The notes under the pieces are model-generated. The model had not been told where the DNA came from and searched no databases. It saw only the letters and a program-made list of their open reading frames with translations. The translations under genes were made by a program, and so were the position numbers. Positions 7,959 through 21,264 of a stretch of 64,000 bases of DNA are shown here, piece after piece. This stretch comes from Bacteroidales bacterium (GTDB lineage: Bacteria > Bacteroidota > Bacteroidia > Bacteroidales > Paludibacteraceae). The stretch is from contig JBBRHJ010000001.1 of assembly GCA_038222885.1 (NCBI GenBank), positions 31,845 through 95,844 on the forward strand, given 5' to 3'. Within the stretch, counting starts at the first letter, position 1. Each line of letters begins with the position of its first letter.

Positions 7959-10790
7959 TTATTTTAAAATATTTTGTATGTCTTTGACTTCCAATTTGAA
8001 ACTTGGATTAAATTTATCACCCTTCATATATTCAAGTAGGCTGTATTTAAGCTGACGCGATGGTAATCGTTGACTTAAATCGCCCATTAAATCTACACTT
8101 GCAACTATAAGCTTTCCGTTCAACACTTTAGCTTCCATTACCAATGCTAATTTCCGATTATCGAACCATGTGTCAATTGGTTGAACAATAGGTTTAAATT
8201 CTGCTGGAAAGTCGTCTATATTCATAGCCCCTGAATGAGTGATAATATCCCACCACTGCCAGTTAGTGTGAAATTCGGTAGGAAAATTTGCAAGTGCTGG
8301 ATGTTCTGGTTTACAAAGTATTCCTAATGTTTGTGGTGCCTGATTTTTCGTCCATGATGTATTCCAAAATACAGTAGAAAAACCGAAATCGATATTTCCG
8401 CCTTTTTCTGGTTTCAAGTCCTTTCTACTGACAGTAAGTAATACGTTTTTACCATTTTCAAGTAAGTCTATGGCCTTTTGGTCAAGAATATTAGTCATGT
8501 AAATATCGCCCTGATTGTCGTTCAATTGCTTGTTGTACACCCAAAAATCCCACTTATTATTGTATTTAGTTCCATCAATCCAAACTCTAAGTTTATATTG
8601 GGCAGGACTTTGAATTTTCGTTAGTGGAAAATCAATTGCACCAGCAACTAAGCCGTTTCCAACTGGATAGTCTTTTATATCAGTGTTTCCAGTTTGAATT
8701 ATTTTATTGTTGCTATCAGTAATTTCCCATTTAACAAGTGAGTTTTTCAATGTTTCGCCACTAAAATTGGCTATTTCAAGTTTTGCTTGTAAGGTATCGG
8801 CAGTTGAAAGAACCATTTTCGTGATTCTTGCCAGAGGAACAACCTTATTACAAAACTGACTGAATTCGGCTGGCGTTATATAGCCTTTTTCTTCCCAGAA
8901 TGCATCTAAAACTCCTACTAAAGCTGTGCCTTGTCCAGGAAAATCATGTAAGTCAAGCAATTGAAAACCGCCCATGCCTTTGGTTCGTAAGGCTGCTTCA
9001 ATATCTGATTTGTAGCACAAAGCTTGAAGTTTACCAGAAGCCATCAAAAAATCATGTGCTTGATCAGCCATGTGATGATCGGCTAAATCTTCTTGGAAAA
9101 GTTCAAAATTTTTGGCTTTCAACACGCCTGTATATTTCTTTATTTCATCGAAATTAGGAAAAACACACCATTGACCTATTTCGTGACTAACTACTGGAAT
9201 AGGGCGTTTGCTGATAACGTTAGCATAGTCGAAAGTCGTTTGAGGAGCTTTGGAATTGATTATACTTTTCAATCCAGCATTCCATTGCTGAATGCGAGGG
9301 GCTGGAATATTGTGGTACTCATTTTCAGCTATTTCGGGCCAACCAGCAGCACTTGTGTAAATTCTCCTGCTATCTTTCTTCTTCCAATAATCTACAAACT
9401 TACTCAAATACTCTTTGTGTTTTTCGCCATGTGGCTCATTGCCATAAGCCATCAAGCAGAAGGATGGATGATTGCCATATTCCACAACAATTCTATTACT
9501 TTCGTCGTAAACGTATTGGTCAATGGCTTTTCCATCGCCAATGGTTGCCCAAGCATCATTCTCGATTTGGAGATACATTCCCATTTCATCCGCAGCATCA
9601 AAAGCAGCTTTTGGCGGACACCATGAATGAAAACGAATATGATTTAAACCGTGATTTTGCATTTGCTGCATAATCTTTTTCCACGAATTGATGTCGGTAG
9701 GTGGATAACCTGTTTTCGGGAAGATAGCACATTCGAGCGTGCCTCTCAGAAAAATAGTTTTATTGTTAATTTGAAATTGTGTTCCTACAGTTTTCAAATC
9801 ACGCATCCCAAAAGTAACCGTTTTGCAGCTTTCTTTCTCTTTCTCAATATCAACTTTAAGCGAATATAGTGCTGGTGAAAACTCATCCCAAGTCTGGAAA
9901 TTATCACCCATGTCCAAGTTTAGTTGAACTTGATTTTTCCCAGGGATCAATTCTACAACTTTATTATAAGTTGGCACTTTATGGTTAACTGTTGAATTAA
10001 AACTTTTAGCTGAAATATTTAGTTTGCGACTCTGTTTTGAGTTCGTATTGTTTACAATTTCAATATCCAAAACAGCTAACTTTTTAGTCAAATTGGGAGT
10101 TACTTTGATTGACTGAACAGCTACTTTATTCACAGCTTTTAAAGCAATAATGCCAACAATGCCATTCCAATTGGTTTGAGTATTGTCTGAAATACTATGA
10201 GCATCCAACCCTGGATTTATATCCTTGATACGATTGTCAATACGGATAGTAATTTTATGTTTCCCCTTTTTCAGATTAGCTGGTAGCTTATAGCGGTGTG
10301 GAGTCGAGAGGCTGTTATTCATCCCAATTGGCTGATTGTCAATCCAAACCATGGTTTCCCAATGACATCTTTCCAGTTCAAGAAATAAATCATTATTCTT
10401 CCAATTTGCTGGGATATTCACTATTTTCTGATACCAAGCAGGGCCAACATAAACTTTCTGAGGCGAAAGCCAAAATGAAACTTTAACATTCCCAGCTTGA
10501 CGATATTTTGCAAAGTCTGGTCTTTTGTACCACGAACTATCGCTCCAATTAGTAGCGGTCCAGCGAGTAGCAGCCGTTATTTCATCACCGATATTATTTT
10601 CGGCCATGGATCCGGGTAGCGTTATTTGTCCAGCAAAATCTTTAAGGAACCAATTTCCCTTTATGCCACTATCAGTTGAGTCAGTGCTAAATGCCCATTT
10701 CCCTTTCATATCAATGAAGTTCTTTGCCTGAACTGCATTAAAACTAATTGCTAATAAGCAAATTATAAATATATTTTTTGTGTAATTCAT
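7959..10790 (-). CDS. GH2 family glycoside hydrolase (paralogue of 47740-50550)
   Basis: LRGTLECAIFP, NHIRFHSWCPP, YGNHPSF..GNE, SHEIGQW, DLHDFPGQGTALVG; signal peptide. Confidence 0.85.
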   Translation of the reverse strand: MNYTKNIFIICLLAISFNAVQAKNFIDMKGKWAFSTDSTDSGIKGNWFLKDFAGQITLPGSMAENNIGDEITAATRWTATNWSDSSWYKRPDFAKYRQAGNVKVSFWLSPQKVYVGPAWYQKIVNIPANWKNNDLFLELERCHWETMVWIDNQPIGMNNSLSTPHRYKLPANLKKGKHKITIRIDNRIKDINPGLDAHSISDNTQTNWNGIVGIIALKAVNKVAVQSIKVTPNLTKKLAVLDIEIVNNTNSKQSRKLNISAKSFNSTVNHKVPTYNKVVELIPGKNQVQLNLDMGDNFQTWDEFSPALYSLKVDIEKEKESCKTVTFGMRDLKTVGTQFQINNKTIFLRGTLECAIFPKTGYPPTDINSWKKIMQQMQNHGLNHIRFHSWCPPKAAFDAADEMGMYLQIENDAWATIGDGKAIDQYVYDESNRIVVEYGNHPSFCLMAYGNEPHGEKHKEYLSKFVDYWKKKDSRRIYTSAAGWPEIAENEYHNIPAPRIQQWNAGLKSIINSKAPQTTFDYANVISKRPIPVVSHEIGQWCVFPNFDEIKKYTGVLKAKNFELFQEDLADHHMADQAHDFLMASGKLQALCYKSDIEAALRTKGMGGFQLLDLHDFPGQGTALVGVLDAFWEEKGYITPAEFSQFCNKVVPLARITKMVLSTADTLQAKLEIANFSGETLKNSLVKWEITDSNNKIIQTGNTDIKDYPVGNGLVAGAIDFPLTKIQSPAQYKLRVWIDGTKYNNKWDFWVYNKQLNDNQGDIYMTNILDQKAIDLLENGKNVLLTVSRKDLKPEKGGNIDFGFSTVFWNTSWTKNQAPQTLGILCKPEHPALANFPTEFHTNWQWWDIITHSGAMNIDDFPAEFKPIVQPIDTWFDNRKLALVMEAKVLNGKLIVASVDLMGDLSQRLPSRQLKYSLLEYMKGDKFNPSFKLEVKDIQNILK

Positions 10791-10826
10791 AATAATTTGA
10801 TAATTTATTTGATAAATAAGAAAGCA

Positions 10827-13970
<3,144 letters not shown>

Positions 13971-14054
13971 TTATGTTTGCGTAAATTTAAAAATTAGCAT
14001 TGAGAATCAACTTCTTCATTCTTAGATTAATACAGATGTAAGAAAGTGATTTAT

Positions 14055-14681
14055 TTATTTTGATAATAATGTGAAATTTGGTATTCTGTTTAATGGGGCA
14101 TCTACAACAATTGTTTTGTTGCCTTTGTAAATTTTACCATCTTCTGCTCTCCATTTTCCTTTTGGCAAAACTACTTGTTTGGTTCTTGCCCCTTTTACTA
14201 CTACGGGTGCAATAAGCAAATCGTTGCCAAGCATAAATTGATCCTTGATAGTTTCGTATCCTGCATTTGGAAAAACCAACGCCATAGGTTTTGCGATAGG
14301 TTCACCTGTACGAGATGATTCTTCCGCTAATTTCAGTATCTTATCTCCCACCAGTGTGTGTTGTTGAGCTGCTTCGTAGCAGAGTGCAGCATTTTCTTTA
14401 GTCAACACTCGCCAAGGAGCCACTGAAAATTGCATCATAGGCATAAACGCATGTACCTGTGCCGACCGAACTACTAATTCCTCGTCAATCTTAGCGGTTG
14501 CTAAAAACGATAAATACTCTCCACCACCTATCATATCAGGACATGTATAAGCATAACCCATTAAACTTTGTGACATTAAATCGGGAATCAAGTTTTGTAA
14601 TTCAGCCCATTTGTGTTTTTTGTCTGAAAGTCTTTGTACCAATGGAAGTCCAGCCATTTTCCACGAAGCACGGAATTCATT
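14055..14681 (-). pseudogene. 5'-truncated GH31 glycosidase (C-terminal third only)
   Basis: NEFRASWKMAGLPLVQRL..PDMIGGG..PMMQFSVAPWRVL..DQFMLG..LPKGKW; homology extends upstream of the annotated ATG (14657) to about 14681, then an in-frame TGA at 14700-14702; no signal peptide or nucleophile region. Confidence 0.8.
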
Positions 14682-14727
14682 TACAAACGTACTTTCAATT
14701 CAGTTTAATAGAATGATAACTCTGTAT

Positions 14728-16131
14728 CTATTTTTTCTTTGGTAAATCCCAAGGAGTGAAAGTTTTAACAGGCTCATTATTCATCAAGTCTTTGTGTATC
14801 AAGAAAACTACTTCGTCCCACGCTTCGCCTTCTGTCCACAAAGGTTTAATAAGTTTTTTTTCCCAATTTTCAAGCGAGTGTTTTACTTTAAGATATTCTT
14901 TTTTATTTGATGTGGTTAGATCAACGTTTTCATTTACATTGTCTTTTAAGCTATACATTTTGTCAGGTAAGCCTTCGACCCTAATCATTTTAAAATCACC
15001 AATCCTTGCAGCTGCCATTTTATCTTTTCGCCAGAACAAGAATTCATGTGGGTTTCCTTTCTTTTTTCCTGATAAATATGGAAGTAAACTAACACCATCT
15101 AATTTGTTTTTAAGACTACAAGTTTTTATTCCAGCAGCAGCAATAGAAGTTGCAAATATATCTAATGAAGAGCTAAGTCCCTTAAAATCGGTCGTATTAT
15201 TGAACTTATTACCCCATTTTACGAAAAATGGAACTCGAATACCACCCTCAAACTTCGTACCTTTAAATCCTTTAAGTGGTAAATTGGAGGATTGATTGTC
15301 GTGAGCACCACCATTATCGCTCAAAAAGAAAATTAATGTATTCTCTAACTGACCTTTGCTGGCAAGTACATTAATAACTTTGCCAATGGCTCTATCAACA
15401 GCCCATGTCATAGCAGCCAATTTCTGGCGTGGATGATTTTTAAATAGTTCTAAATCTTCCTTGGTTGCATCTAATGGTGTGTGAACTGCATTAAATGACA
15501 AATACATAAAAAATGGCTTTTGATTTTGTTCAAAAAATCTAATTGCACCATCAGCTAATACATCTGTCATGTAACCTTCAAATTTTTGCTGAGTACCGTT
15601 TAACTGCAAATTGCTTCCATTTCCAGGTTTATCAGCTCCATTTGGTTGATAAAAATAGCTTCGTGAACCACTTAGAAAACCATAGAAATAGTCGAAACCA
15701 CGCTTATTGGGATGATAATCGACGCCGTATCCCATATGCCACTTGCCAATACATGCAGTAGAATATCCATTTTGTTGAAAAGCATCGCCAATAGTTTCTT
15801 GGTCGAGGGCTAATCCAAGCGTTTCGCCAAAATTACATTCGGCGCCAAAGCGTTGCTGATATCTACCACTTAGAATGCCAGCCCTGGATGGTCCACTTAC
15901 CGATGCAGAAACATGTGCATCAGAAAACTTAGTGGCCGAATCAGCAAGTTTATCAATATTGGGTGTTTTAATATCCTTACTACCCATAAATCCAAAATCG
16001 TTATAACCAGCATCATCTAATAAAATGATTAGGACATTCGGTTTTGCATCCTTATTTGAACTTAGTAAGCTGCTTGGAGCTAATGTAAGTCCCAAGCCAC
16101 TGCATAAAAATATCTTATATTTACTTTTCAT
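14728..16131 (-). CDS. S1 sulfatase, Ser-type
   Basis: PNVLIILLDDAG, SGPSRAG, GKWH, SDNGG; start 16131 or 16140. Confidence 0.92.
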   Translation of the reverse strand: MKSKYKIFLCSGLGLTLAPSSLLSSNKDAKPNVLIILLDDAGYNDFGFMGSKDIKTPNIDKLADSATKFSDAHVSASVSGPSRAGILSGRYQQRFGAECNFGETLGLALDQETIGDAFQQNGYSTACIGKWHMGYGVDYHPNKRGFDYFYGFLSGSRSYFYQPNGADKPGNGSNLQLNGTQQKFEGYMTDVLADGAIRFFEQNQKPFFMYLSFNAVHTPLDATKEDLELFKNHPRQKLAAMTWAVDRAIGKVINVLASKGQLENTLIFFLSDNGGAHDNQSSNLPLKGFKGTKFEGGIRVPFFVKWGNKFNNTTDFKGLSSSLDIFATSIAAAGIKTCSLKNKLDGVSLLPYLSGKKKGNPHEFLFWRKDKMAAARIGDFKMIRVEGLPDKMYSLKDNVNENVDLTTSNKKEYLKVKHSLENWEKKLIKPLWTEGEAWDEVVFLIHKDLMNNEPVKTFTPWDLPKKK

Positions 16132-16269
16132 AATAAGCATTTACCATTTAATAATGTACTATTTACAATTTAAGAAGTTGAAGATTATCAGCAAATTAGA
16201 TTGCTGCTTATACAACATTTTATTATTCTCACTACTTTGAACCACAAATAAGCATTTGAAATAAAAGAA

Positions 16270-16313
16270 AATAAACCCACACTTCCCAACGAATGAAAAG
16301 TATTGGGTTTATT
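16270..16313 (-). terminator. Hairpin/terminator after susD2
   Basis: AATAAACCCA ... TGGGTTTATT inverted repeat, T-rich run follows on the minus strand. Confidence 0.55.
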
Positions 16314-16474
16314 CTCAACTCTAAACAACTAACAACAATTTATTGAAATACCTATGCCAGTTTTTATAGAACAAGCTAAAACTAAAACACTAACCTACGA
16401 TTAAAAAACTCAAATATTAAACAAATATGAAGAATATAGAAAAATTTGATTTCTTTAATTAACTGATAAAATAA

Positions 16475-18142
16475 TTATTCCCAACCTTTATTTTGTGTAA
16501 TAGCTGGATTTTTTCTGATTTCAACTGACGGTATAGGAAAGAAGTACATTTTATCTTCCCAACGACGTGTCACTGTATTGTAATTATACTGCAAAGTGCC
16601 AGTAATTGCGTCCTTTTTTAAGTTTAGAATCTTAACAGTTGACAATACATCACCAATTTTCCAACGACGAACATCCCAAAAACGATGTTCCTCAAAGGCT
16701 AATTCCACCATTCTTTCATTGCGATATTTGCTTATAAAATCAGCACTGCTCAATCCGGCAGTTAATGCAGGCATAGCAATTCCAGTTCTGGCTCTTACTA
16801 CATTTACAGCCGCTAAAGGGGTCAAAGTAAATCCAGTTGGAGCAACATCGGCAGACCCACTCACATTAAATACACATTCAGCATAATTCAAATAAAATTC
16901 AGCTAATCTGAAAATAATCCAAGTATGATATTTTGTATTTAATTTATCAGGACGTAAATCAATTGACGCATCGCAATATTTCTTCAAATAATAACCAGTA
17001 GGTGTTGCACCAGCAGTAGGCAATCCATTCAAACCACCTTCGAAAGTTTGAAGTATAGCCGTATTATAAGTAGGCCAGCCAGTATTGCCATTATAAGCAA
17101 TGGTCAATGCAAAACGTGGATCTCTGTTCAAATATGGGTCATTAGGATTTAATGTGCCAGTTTTCATGCCGTAAGCATCTACTAATGTTTGAGTTGGACA
17201 ATTTCCTGAATTACCACCTTCAACCCCCATAGGGAAATTTGATGATTCAAAAGTACGATTTCCACCTGTTCTTCTTCCTAAGATTATTTCAGTAGCAAGA
17301 TAGCCATTATTTCCCCATAAACTATTGTAAGTACCTAATTTTACATTGTACTTAGCACAGGTATCAATTACTGCCTTATTGGCTAATGCAGCTGATTGCC
17401 ACAAAGCACCGTTACTGCTTGTATTGAACAATGGACTTGCAGCATACATCAATGCACGAGCTTTCAGAGCTAACACAGTTTGTTTTGTTATTCTGCCTGT
17501 TTCCTTGTCAATAGCGGCAGCATAAGTGGCAGGCAACATATTTACGATGGCATCACACTCATCCACTATATATTTAAAAATATCGGCTGATGCTGTACGA
17601 CTTACTTTATTGGCTGCATCGGCATCTAAGACTTCTGTAACCAAAGGAACATCTCCATACGTTTTTACCAAATTGAAGTAAAAATAGGCTCTTAAAAAAC
17701 GTACTTCATATTGATATTTGTCGAAACGTTTCATCTGTTCAGCATAATCAGTGTTATACTTGAAACTTTCGAAAGTTTGTCCCACCGATTCTTTTAAGTA
17801 GAAATTGGCAGCCCTAATTCCCCAATATGAATCGCCCCAAGTACTCGAAAGTGTATTTACAGCACTCCATGAGCCATTGAAGAAGTCATTCACATTTGAA
17901 GTAGTCCAAGCTATTTGAGATTCGTCGCAAGCTGATGCCAAAACACCGCCATTTCCATATCCAGAAAATCCATTCTCCATTTGAGAATAAATATTTGAAA
18001 CAAAATTTCTGGTAAATACAAAACTGCTAAAAACCTTGTCTTTTTCGTAAATGGAGTTCTCATTATAATCCATGGCTCCTTCACAACTTAGGAGTGAAAG
18101 AACAACTCCTATAGTAACTATTATTTTATTTAACTTTATCAT
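16475..18142 (-). CDS. susD: SusD/RagB lipoprotein (second pair)
   Basis: Lipobox LLSC; FLRAYFYF, RDPRF, FRLAEFYLNYAE, ERMVELAFEEHRFWDVRRW, QNKGW. Confidence 0.95.
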   Translation of the reverse strand: MIKLNKIIVTIGVVLSLLSCEGAMDYNENSIYEKDKVFSSFVFTRNFVSNIYSQMENGFSGYGNGGVLASACDESQIAWTTSNVNDFFNGSWSAVNTLSSTWGDSYWGIRAANFYLKESVGQTFESFKYNTDYAEQMKRFDKYQYEVRFLRAYFYFNLVKTYGDVPLVTEVLDADAANKVSRTASADIFKYIVDECDAIVNMLPATYAAAIDKETGRITKQTVLALKARALMYAASPLFNTSSNGALWQSAALANKAVIDTCAKYNVKLGTYNSLWGNNGYLATEIILGRRTGGNRTFESSNFPMGVEGGNSGNCPTQTLVDAYGMKTGTLNPNDPYLNRDPRFALTIAYNGNTGWPTYNTAILQTFEGGLNGLPTAGATPTGYYLKKYCDASIDLRPDKLNTKYHTWIIFRLAEFYLNYAECVFNVSGSADVAPTGFTLTPLAAVNVVRARTGIAMPALTAGLSSADFISKYRNERMVELAFEEHRFWDVRRWKIGDVLSTVKILNLKKDAITGTLQYNYNTVTRRWEDKMYFFPIPSVEIRKNPAITQNKGWE

Positions 18143-18166
18143 AATCTGATGAATTTACATGTTTAA

Positions 18167-21148
18167 TTAAAAAATGACACTTGCACCAAGGTGTAACGAA
18201 CGATCAGTTGGGTAATTAACTCCAATAACTTCAGGATCAGATAATTTTATATGATCCATCAAAATTAAATCCATGGCACGAACATATACTTTAACACTTT
18301 GTATTACAGATTTCGATATGAATGATTTCGGTAACTTATAATACAATTCACAATGGCGTAATTTCAAGAATGAAGCATCTTTTAGCCATAAGGTACTGCT
18401 TTGATAATTATTGTCATTCGATTCTGTGGTTAAACGAGGGTACAATGCAGTACTTGCTGTTGCAGGTGTCCAACGATTATTATAATATTCATTCGATATA
18501 GTTGTATTATCCATCAACGGCTTATAAATACTCTTGGTCATAGGCATTGCACTTGTACCAGTTACGCCTTGCAATAAAGCATCAAAACCAAATGATTTAT
18601 ACTCTAAACCAAGGTTGATTGAATAATAAGTTTCGGGAGTACCATAATTCTTTCCAATGGCTATTTTATCATATTGATCAATAAAGCCATCACCGTTCTG
18701 ATCCTTGTATTTAATATCGCCGGGTTTGACTTGTGAGAATTTTTGAATTGGGCTATTATCAATATCAGCTTGATCGGCAAAAAAGCCAAGAGCTTCTAAA
18801 CCAAATGGCTGTCCGATAGCTAAACCTGTTGTTCTCAAATATGGAAATGCTGCTGGTGCTTCGAGTTGCTCTACTATTGTGTTTGTATTGTAGCTTACTT
18901 TTGCTCCCAATGAAACGGTTACATCACCCATTTTCTTGTTAAAATCCAGCCCTAATTCAATACCTTTGCTATCAACAATTCCTGCATTTGCATACGATGA
19001 AGTCATACCTAAAACAGATGAAACTCTACCACCTTGCTCTACAAATTGATGATCTCTCCTTTGCTTGTAAATATCGAGCATTACGGTTAGCCCTCCAAAC
19101 ATAGTCATATCGGCACCTAAGTTATAGCGAGTAGCCCTCTCTGGCAAAACAGTTGTCATTGCTAATCGATTTTCGGCAGTAGAACCTGAACCTGCATAGG
19201 TATCAGCGAAAAAGTATTGAGTTCCGCCTGAGAATGCTTGTGTTTCTAAGTTCCAGTTTGGCACATAGTCGGTATAGGCAATACCTGCCGAGGCTCTTAC
19301 TTTAAGGAAGTTTATCCAGCTTATGTCTTTCAAAAATTCTTCGTTCGATGCTACCCAAGCGGCTGAGACTGTTGGTGCCAAGTTGTAACGTGCAGACTTT
19401 GGAAGCCTATTAGATCCAGAAAGATTCAAAACTAAGTCAGCTATGTAGCGATTGTCGTATCCATAGTGTGCAAGCCATGAGAAGTTTTGGCGATTCAGTG
19501 TTGAGTTTTGACCTCTTCCTACATAATGATCGTAGTTAGCATTTAAAGATGTGAACACTGAACTTTTACCAGATTCATATTTATAATTCAAATCTACTGA
19601 ATTAGTATATCTATAGTACTGGTTACCAAATGAATTACTAAAACCAAGTTCTGAAGTTGTTCCTCCTTTATATCGTATAGTATCCTCTGTAGCGAAGTTA
19701 TAAGTATCAGATGCATAAGTATAATTAGCTGGACGGTTATCCCAGAACGAATTATTATTATCATAGGATATTTTACCCGCAATATTTAAGCCTTTGGCAA
19801 TAAAATCCAAGGATTGTGTCAATGTCATATCGGCAAATAATGAGCGATATACTGCCCGTGAAAATCCTGTTCCTTGTATACCTGCTACTGGATTGGTTGT
19901 AGTCCATGTCGAATTTCCACCCCATATACCATCGTAGGTTTTAATTGGGTGAGCTGCTGATGGTAAAGTATAAATATTATCAAACAATATGCTTGATCCA
20001 CGATTAGGCCTGTTATACTCACCTACAATTCCCATCAAGTTTACTTGTAATTTTGTAGAATTTGAAATATCAACATCCAAATTGGTACGTACATTTAATC
20101 TTGAATTAGCAAACTGAGTAGAGTAATCTTTATTTTTATCGGTATTATTCAAAAAGCCCTGATCATTTGTCATATCAACCATGCTAAAGTATCTCAGTTT
20201 ATCGTTACCACCTTGAAAGGTAATATCATACTTGTTAGCATGTCCTTTATTTCTGTAACTTTCGGACACCCAGTCTACATTAGGGAAGAAATCTGGCATA
20301 TCACCATCTTTATAATGTTGTAAAGCTTGGGCAGAATAAATGGCAGGTTTGCCATCGTTAGCACTCGCTTCATTCATGGCCATACCATAAGTATATGCAT
20401 CTGCAAAGTCGGGTAATCGTACTGGTTGTCTAAAAGCATGTTCGTAACTAACTTGTATACTTCGTTGGTTATATACTCCACGTTTTGTTCTCACTGATAA
20501 TACTCCATTTCTACCTTTGTAACCATGCAATGCCAATGCAGCTGCATCTTTAAGAATTGAAATAGATTCAACTTCATCGGTTGTTAAATTATCAATCGGA
20601 CGTTCAACACCATCGACCAACACCAAAATTCCATTATCAGATAATGATTGTAATCCTCTGATACTTAGTCCTGCATTTTCGATTACTGGTTCAGCTCCAG
20701 ACTGAGAGGTATTTAAACCTAAGCCCTTGCCAAAAAGAGCATTTTGAAGACTTTGAGCCGAACTTTTAGTCAATTCTTCGCCATAAAATGTTGATACTGA
20801 TGCTGTAGAATACAACATATTAGAATAATTCATCGTACCCATGTCCACAGCTTTCGATGTGTAATCCATTACGATTTTTATATTTGAATTATCATTAACC
20901 AACACTTGTTTCTTATCAAATTTTGAAGATACAGCATTCAGTTTGCTACCTTTACTAACCGGAATTGAAAACTCACCATTTATATCGCTAATAGTTGATA
21001 TACTCTCCGAACCAACCACTTCTATAACTACTCCTTGCAATGGTTTACCCATTTGATCTACAACTACACCCTTAAATGCAGTTTGAGCATTCGTTATAAG
21101 GCTGCAGCAAATCACAGCCATATAGAATAATAATCTTTTCTTTTTCAT
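18167..21148 (-). CDS. susC: SusC/RagA TonB-dependent transporter (second pair)
   Basis: Probable start MKKKRLLF at 21148; LVDGVER, ILKDAAA..G..NGV, PGDIKYKDQNGDG, terminal F. Confidence 0.93.
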   Translation of the reverse strand: MKKKRLLFYMAVICCSLITNAQTAFKGVVVDQMGKPLQGVVIEVVGSESISTISDINGEFSIPVSKGSKLNAVSSKFDKKQVLVNDNSNIKIVMDYTSKAVDMGTMNYSNMLYSTASVSTFYGEELTKSSAQSLQNALFGKGLGLNTSQSGAEPVIENAGLSIRGLQSLSDNGILVLVDGVERPIDNLTTDEVESISILKDAAALALHGYKGRNGVLSVRTKRGVYNQRSIQVSYEHAFRQPVRLPDFADAYTYGMAMNEASANDGKPAIYSAQALQHYKDGDMPDFFPNVDWVSESYRNKGHANKYDITFQGGNDKLRYFSMVDMTNDQGFLNNTDKNKDYSTQFANSRLNVRTNLDVDISNSTKLQVNLMGIVGEYNRPNRGSSILFDNIYTLPSAAHPIKTYDGIWGGNSTWTTTNPVAGIQGTGFSRAVYRSLFADMTLTQSLDFIAKGLNIAGKISYDNNNSFWDNRPANYTYASDTYNFATEDTIRYKGGTTSELGFSNSFGNQYYRYTNSVDLNYKYESGKSSVFTSLNANYDHYVGRGQNSTLNRQNFSWLAHYGYDNRYIADLVLNLSGSNRLPKSARYNLAPTVSAAWVASNEEFLKDISWINFLKVRASAGIAYTDYVPNWNLETQAFSGGTQYFFADTYAGSGSTAENRLAMTTVLPERATRYNLGADMTMFGGLTVMLDIYKQRRDHQFVEQGGRVSSVLGMTSSYANAGIVDSKGIELGLDFNKKMGDVTVSLGAKVSYNTNTIVEQLEAPAAFPYLRTTGLAIGQPFGLEALGFFADQADIDNSPIQKFSQVKPGDIKYKDQNGDGFIDQYDKIAIGKNYGTPETYYSINLGLEYKSFGFDALLQGVTGTSAMPMTKSIYKPLMDNTTISNEYYNNRWTPATASTALYPRLTTESNDNNYQSSTLWLKDASFLKLRHCELYYKLPKSFISKSVIQSVKVYVRAMDLILMDHIKLSDPEVIGVNYPTDRSLHLGASVIF

Positions 21149-21264
21149 GTGAATGAATTTATATTTTTTAAGGTTTAATGTAATGGGAAAATAAATTCTT
21201 TTGTGTGATTTATATTCCCAAAACATTTTTCAACTTTAATATCTATTAAAATAAGTTCAAAGAA

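Noticed and set aside
21149-21226. N-terminal extensions in the ORF track (susC2; also MFS 46231, AraC 46310, PLC 61837)
   Set aside because: Downstream ATGs give typical N-termini; the MFS and AraC extensions overlap predicted promoters
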